From Candidatus Dormibacteria bacterium (GTDB lineage Bacteria > Chloroflexota > Dormibacteria > Aeolococcales > Aeolococcaceae), in assembly GCA_051002895.1 (NCBI GenBank), contig JBPCLW010000029.1:1234-65233 (forward strand): 64,000 nt of DNA. The letters run 5' to 3'. This document shows positions 59,837-64,000 of the stretch, in pieces (the stretch's first letter is position 1; each line of letters starts with the position of its first letter). The notes beneath the pieces were generated by a model. That model was not told the origin of the DNA and searched no databases. It saw only the letters and a list, made by a program, of their open reading frames with translations. Both the position numbers and the translations under genes were made by a program.

Positions 59837-61111
59837 GTGACGACGAGGTTGGGCGGCACGCTGGAAGGGGTTCTGCGCGGCAATGACGTGGCCGGCCATC
59901 ACACCGTGCCGGCGGCGGCCCTGTACCCCCACCAGTGGAACTGGGACTCTCCGCTCACCGCCCTCGGTTGGGCGACGTTCGACCGTGATCGCGCCTGGTG
60001 TGAGTTGGAATCGCTGCTCGCTGCGCAGGATCCGGGCGACGGGCTGGTGGCCCACATCGCGTTCGACGAGGCGGCCACGTCGTACAACCCGGGACCTGAG
60101 TGGTGGAGCGGACGGCGCGGTGCCGACGGTCGTTGCATCAGCGACATCACCCAGCCGCCGCTGGCCGCGACGGTGATTCGCATTCTCATATCCGCAGGAG
60201 ACGATGCCGAGCGCGCCCGCCCCCTGTTGGAGCCGTTGCAGCGCTGGCATGAGTTCCTCATCGACCTTCGTGGCGGGGGCGGTGAGCCGGTTCTGATCCA
60301 TCCCTGGGAATCCGGGCGTGACAACGGCGTTGAGTGGGACGCTCCGTTGCAGGCGGTGACACCATCGACGCGGGTGCCTGTGCGCCGCGACCACGCCTTC
60401 GTCGAGGCAGTTCAACGACCTCCGGCACGAGACTACGCGCGCTACTACGGTCTGATCGAGACATATGCCCATTCGGGTTGGGATGCGCGACGGATGGCCG
60501 CGGAATCGCCCTTTCGCGTGCTTGATCCGGCGTTCTCGGCGTTGAGCGCTGCCGCTGCGGCCGACCTCGCGGCCGTCGCCCAGCAGCTCGGTGCCGACGG
60601 TATCGCGGCCCGAGCGTCGGTGCACGCAGCGAGTGTCGAAAGCGCTCTTCGCGCGCGTGCCAACGTGGACGGCATGGCATCTGCGCACGACCTTGTTGCT
60701 GGCACCGACGCCATCGGCATCACCGCCGCTCTGCCGCTGCAGCTTCTCCGTCCGGAACTGCCCGTGGCTGCCGTGGACCGGCTGCAGCAGCTCATTCTGG
60801 GAGGCGAGCTCGCCTCCGAGTACGGCGTTCGCTCGGCGGCGACGAGCGCTCCGGGGTTCGATCCAAGAAACTACTGGCGGGGGCCGGTCTGGTCCAACGT
60901 GACCTGGCTGTGTGCGCTCGGACTCGAGCGTCATGGCCGCGGTGCCGCCGCTGCAGAGCTACGCTCCCGCGTCATCCGTCATGCCGCTGTCCCCGGCTGC
61001 CGGGAGTACGTCCATCCCGATACTGGCGAGGGACTCGGTGCGTCGGGGTTGTCCTGGACCGCGGCCCTGGCATTGGATGCCATGGCCCGGTTGGCTGGCG
61101 TCGGCGACTAG
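59837..61111 (+). CDS. GH63-like glycoside hydrolase, mannosylglycerate/glucosylglycerate hydrolase-like
   Basis: Start at in-frame GTG 59837, 8 nt after the thiolase stop. Motif LYPHQWNWDSP and (alpha/alpha)6-barrel-like composition resemble bacterial GH63 mannosyl- and glucosylglycerate hydrolases. Family call from memory, not searched. Confidence 0.55.
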   Translation: MTTRLGGTLEGVLRGNDVAGHHTVPAAALYPHQWNWDSPLTALGWATFDRDRAWCELESLLAAQDPGDGLVAHIAFDEAATSYNPGPEWWSGRRGADGRCISDITQPPLAATVIRILISAGDDAERARPLLEPLQRWHEFLIDLRGGGGEPVLIHPWESGRDNGVEWDAPLQAVTPSTRVPVRRDHAFVEAVQRPPARDYARYYGLIETYAHSGWDARRMAAESPFRVLDPAFSALSAAAAADLAAVAQQLGADGIAARASVHAASVESALRARANVDGMASAHDLVAGTDAIGITAALPLQLLRPELPVAAVDRLQQLILGGELASEYGVRSAATSAPGFDPRNYWRGPVWSNVTWLCALGLERHGRGAAAAELRSRVIRHAAVPGCREYVHPDTGEGLGASGLSWTAALALDAMARLAGVGD

Positions 61112-61134
61112 GTCGGTGAGCTTGGCTCCCTTGC

Positions 61135-61560
61135 TCATAGACCCCCCTCCTTGGCGCCCCGCACTCGTGCCGACGTCTCGGGCAGAACGGCGAGCTGCTG
61201 AAGGAATCCAGCCGGTCCCACAGCAGCCAACCTTCCGTGATACGACCGCCCTTGATATGAGCCACGTAGGTGGCATGCACTCGGATCTCAGCTCCGTCGG
61301 GAGCCAGGCCGAGGAACTCTCCTCGATGGGTCCTCGTCCATAGCAAGCGTGCGCAAGCTGAACTTCCTGGCGCGACCATTTCGTCGACGGTCCAGTGGGA
61401 GGTCAGGGAACGCAGCGGTCCAGAGCGCAACGTCCTCCTGGACATAGGCGGCACCTGTCTCGTCTCCCGTTTCGACTGTGTTCGGCTGGAGCATGTGTGT
61501 CTTGTATTCGGGGGTGACCGGTTCACTAGCCGCGCCTCGTTGGTTCCACCCCATCTCAAC
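61135..61560 (-). pseudogene. SnoaL-like ester cyclase family gene disrupted by at least two homopolymer frameshifts
   Basis: Three consecutive frames carry successive parts of a SnoaL-like protein: (1) …LASRRSVEMGWNQRG…AAFPDL; (2) HWTVDEMVAPG…TRTHRGEFLGLAPDGAEIRVHATYVAHIKGGRITEGWLLWDRL; (3) GFLQQLAVLPE…*. Removing one C from the run CTCCC and adding one G to the run CTGG restores a single frame. Confidence 0.5.
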
Positions 61561-61965
61561 AGAACGGCGGCTGGCGAGATCGCAGCCGAGGCGTTGGGCC
61601 TCGAATTCAAGGAGGCTCGGAAGGCCGGAGAACTGGGCTACACATGGCTCGGGTATTCGCCCAAGTCACCCTCCCCCACTCGCGCGTGGCTGGTCCCGAG
61701 TACGTCCGACACAACGGCCTGCTAACGCTTTCGGTGTTGGCCCCCTCAGCCGTAGGAATTCCTTACGGCTCCATCCCCCGGCTCCTGCTTGCCTGGGTAA
61801 CGACCGAGGCGGTCCGGTCCAAGGAGCAGCAATATGTACGAGCCTCTTCGGCGGCTACGGGAGAGCGGAAAAGCACTTACCGGTCGTCGGCGCATAACGA
61901 GATCTCACTGCGCGCCATCGAGATGCCAATGGCGGGTTAGAGTCGGGTAACCGCGTGCAATGCGG

Positions 61966-62022
61966 ACGCAGGGCGATGGGGCCCGCCCAATCCGCCGAGA
62001 GGCTGATGGCTCCTACTCATTG
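61966..62022 (+). ncRNA. Fluoride riboswitch (crcB RNA motif)
   Basis: GGGCGATGGGGCCCGCCCAATCCGCC-GAGAG-GCTGATGGCTCCTACTC matches the crcB motif consensus (GGCGAUGG…CCGCC…CUGAUG.…CCUAC) and closely resembles the Thermotoga petrophila reference aptamer as I remember it. It lies 10 nt upstream of the crcB start. Confidence 0.8.
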
Positions 62023-62032
62023 GAGTAGTCGT

Positions 62033-62404
62033 ATGCCCATCCTTCTCGGGGTCACCATTGCTGGCGCCGCCGGCGCGGCGGTTCGCTATCAAATCGATGG
62101 ATTCATCAGTGCCCGCGGGGGAATCTTTCCGTGGGGCACGTTCGTCATCAACATCTCGGGAGCCTTCCTGCTGGGCCTACTGTTCACGGTGTTTAGCGAG
62201 CGCCTCAATGTCGAGCCGTGGGTGCGGTCATCGGTGACGACGGGATTCCTCGGCGCCTACACCACGTTTTCCACATTGACGCTAGAAACCAGCCGACTGA
62301 TCGAGCAGGGATCGTATGTGGCGGCACTGGCGAATTCGCTCGGCAGTCTCGCGTGCGGCATGGTCGCCGTCTTCGGTGGAATCGCTCTAGGGAGGTTGAT
62401 CTGA
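62033..62404 (+). CDS. crcB: Fluoride ion channel CrcB/Fluc
   Basis: From ATG 62033: MPILLGVTIAGAAGAAVRY…GTFVINISGAFLLGLL…TGFLGAYTTFSTL (Fluc signature). 123 aa. Confidence 0.85.
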   Translation: MPILLGVTIAGAAGAAVRYQIDGFISARGGIFPWGTFVINISGAFLLGLLFTVFSERLNVEPWVRSSVTTGFLGAYTTFSTLTLETSRLIEQGSYVAALANSLGSLACGMVAVFGGIALGRLI

Positions 62405-62745
62405 TGAGGCTCGAGGGCGAGGGAAAGCTGCTGCGCATCTTCATCGGCGAGAGTGACCGCTGGCATGGCAAGCCGCTCTACGAGGAGATCGTCGCCCTCG
62501 TGCGTCGAGAGGGCCTCGCGGGAGCTACGGTGCTCCGAGGTCTTGAGGGCTTTGGGGCGAAATCACACCTCCACACCGCCCGCATCTTGCGGCTGAGCGA
62601 AGACCTTCCGATTGTGGTGGAAATGGTCGATACGGTGGAGAACATCGACCGTGTGCTGCCGCAGCTTGACGAGATGATCGAGGAGGGAATGGTGACCACC
62701 GAGCGGGTCCAAGTCATCACCTATCGGCGGTCGAAGGAGCAGTAG
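62404..62745 (+). CDS. DUF190 domain protein (PII-like), crcB-associated
   Basis: From ATG 62404 (TGATG overlap with crcB): MRLEGEGKLLRIFIGESDRWHGKPLYEEIV… typical DUF190. 113 aa. Confidence 0.75.
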   Translation: MRLEGEGKLLRIFIGESDRWHGKPLYEEIVALVRREGLAGATVLRGLEGFGAKSHLHTARILRLSEDLPIVVEMVDTVENIDRVLPQLDEMIEEGMVTTERVQVITYRRSKEQ

Positions 62746-63009
62746 CCGACTTCCGACGACCCCATATTTCTTCGCCAGTTGGTTGAGCAGGGGAGACGAT
62801 GCCATGGCAGTTTATACACAAAACGGTGGATTCGTATCGGACTGATCTCCCGGCAACACCGACCGAGCATAGGTAGGCTCTCGCCGGGCCCGAAGATTCG
62901 CGACGTGATAGCCGTCCTGTGCTTTCTACCGCCCACCTGAGAACCAGACGGCCTGAACACGAGCAAGTAGTCGCATCTCTCCCGCCGCGAAGTTGGCGCC
63001 TCGCCACAC

Positions 63010-63888
63010 TCAGGCATCGGCGACGGCCGTGTCCTTGAGACCAGCGAACACGTCGCTCTCCGGCAGGGTGGTGGGCACGCGACTGATCACCAACTGGTAG
63101 TGCTCCTGAGCGAAGTTCTCCTTGATCACGTCGGTGGGGATCTTCAGGAGAGGGAAGTCCTCGGTAAGTTGGCTGCGGTGAGCCCGCAAGGCGTTCTGCT
63201 TGCGCTCGACCTGATCACGGTAGTTCACCGTGGTGGTCACCCAGGCGTCGGGGGTGAGGAAGGGGAGTGTGGCCGGGTCGCCCTCGCCAAAGGGCGGGTC
63301 CATGCCCGCGTTCTTCGCCATCTCGGTGGCGTGCTGCGCCGCCGACACGGGGAAAGCGGTGTAGTAGAGCTTGTCGACCCGCCACGGTTCGCCGAGCTCC
63401 GGATAGATGTTGGTGTACGCGGCCTCGACGGCGAGCAGCGTCACCCGGTGAGCCTGGATGTGGTCGGGATGACCGTAGGCACCATTGCCGTCATAGGTGA
63501 CTACAACCTGGGGGCGGAAGCGGCGGATGTGGGTCACCAGCCGCGCAACGACCTCATCGAGGTTGGCAGTCCAGAAGGCGTCGGGGAGATGATTGGTCTC
63601 GGCGCCGGCCATGCCGGAGTCCCCGTACTCCAGGAAGTGGACCTCGTCGACGCCGAGAACCCGGCAGGCTTGGGTGAGCTCCTCGACGCGGATCGCCTTC
63701 AGCTGCGGCCTCGTCTCCACCTCGTTGGCGGCCATCTCGGGATCAAAGATGGTCGCCACTTTGCCGTCCGTGCAGCAGATCACCGACGTGGCGATCCCGC
63801 GGTCGGCGCAGAGTGCGAGGAGCCCACCCATGGTGATCGTCTCATCGTCGGGGTGAGCGTGAATGGTGAGGAGGCGGAGATCAGACAC
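63010..63888 (-). CDS. PIG-L family deacetylase: GlcNAc-Ins deacetylase MshB or mycothiol S-conjugate amidase Mca
   Basis: 292 aa. N-terminal HAHPDDE zinc motif and the conserved His/Asp of the LmbE-like fold. MshB cannot be distinguished from Mca without alignment. Confidence 0.75.
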   Translation of the reverse strand: MSDLRLLTIHAHPDDETITMGGLLALCADRGIATSVICCTDGKVATIFDPEMAANEVETRPQLKAIRVEELTQACRVLGVDEVHFLEYGDSGMAGAETNHLPDAFWTANLDEVVARLVTHIRRFRPQVVVTYDGNGAYGHPDHIQAHRVTLLAVEAAYTNIYPELGEPWRVDKLYYTAFPVSAAQHATEMAKNAGMDPPFGEGDPATLPFLTPDAWVTTTVNYRDQVERKQNALRAHRSQLTEDFPLLKIPTDVIKENFAQEHYQLVISRVPTTLPESDVFAGLKDTAVADA

Positions 63889-63891
63889 CGG

Positions 63892-64000
63892 CTACTCCTC
63901 GGCGATGGACACCGATCGCATCCCGTCACCCACGCGGATCTGGTTGACGACGTCGAGACCCTTGGTGACCTGGCCGAAGAGGTTGTACGACTTGGCGAGA
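63892..64000 (-). CDS. Cyclophilin-type peptidyl-prolyl cis-trans isomerase, 3' end only (N-terminus beyond window)
   Basis: Minus-strand frame ends …LAKSYNLFGQVTKGLDVVNQIRVGDGMRSVSIAEE*. This matches the cyclophilin C-terminal FG.V..G.DVV..I motif. Stop is 3 nt from the mshB/mca start. Confidence 0.4.
   Translation of the reverse strand, partial: LAKSYNLFGQVTKGLDVVNQIRVGDGMRSVSIAEE

Noticed and set aside
59726-60934. 402-aa minus-strand ORF
   Set aside because: Antisense to the GH63-like hydrolase gene. Arg-rich. Shadow ORF.
60959-61138. Small minus-strand ORF preceded by a perfect AAGGAGG and an ATG at about 61138
   Set aside because: The apparent SD lies within the reconstructed C-terminus (…GAKEGGL*) of the SnoaL-like pseudogene. 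The ORF itself is antisense to the 3' 150 nt of the GH63 hydrolase gene and has a low-complexity translation. Most likely coincidental.

Overview
This is a high-GC (about 70%) chromosomal segment, almost certainly from an actinobacterium. The markers are an F420-dependent NADP reductase, a mycothiol-type PIG-L deacetylase (MshB/Mca), an LCP protein, a mycobacterial-style Ada-AlkA fusion with Ogt, WXG100-like proteins, and GTG/TTG starts with frequent ATGA stop/start overlaps. The window is densely coding core genome with no transposases, integrases or CRISPR.

Recognisable blocks, in order:
- Propionate/methylmalonyl module: split MCM catalytic subunit (5' partial), pccB, sucCD.
- Beta-oxidation cluster: three acyl-CoA dehydrogenases plus a thiolase.
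- LCP and pfkA.
- Adaptive-response operon: ada-alkA and ogt.
- meaB, then a vapBC toxin-antitoxin pair, then a second MCM catalytic subunit.
- Pyrimidine operon with unusual order pyrB-pyrR-pyrC followed by an apparently fused carA-carB, with pyrD convergent.
- tRNA-Lys(UUU) and plsC.
- A GT2 processive glycosyltransferase, then trpS.
- An 11-gene minus-strand glycan assembly/export operon: wzm, wzt, two WXG100-like proteins, a hypothetical, and four GT4 glycosyltransferases.
- apt, ahcY, M16 peptidase, a Wzx-like flippase coupled to a degenerate Ser/Thr kinase, gdhA, rhodanese.
- Purine salvage genes: hpt, an AMP-nucleosidase-like protein, a PfkB kinase.
- A thiolase coupled to a GH63-like glucosyl/mannosylglycerate hydrolase.
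- A frameshifted SnoaL-like cyclase pseudogene.
- A fluoride riboswitch followed by crcB and DUF190.
- mshB/mca and a partial cyclophilin.

The most unusual item is a translationally coupled pair: a 99-aa helical protein and a 319-aa protein with an N-terminal WXG100-like domain fused to an uncharacterised His-rich, Cys-free C-terminal domain. The pair sits inside the Wzm/Wzt-GT4 operon.

Many long antisense ORFs in the six-frame track are GC-driven shadows and were rejected.

Hand-read coordinates (tRNA, riboswitch, internal starts) may be off by 1 nt.
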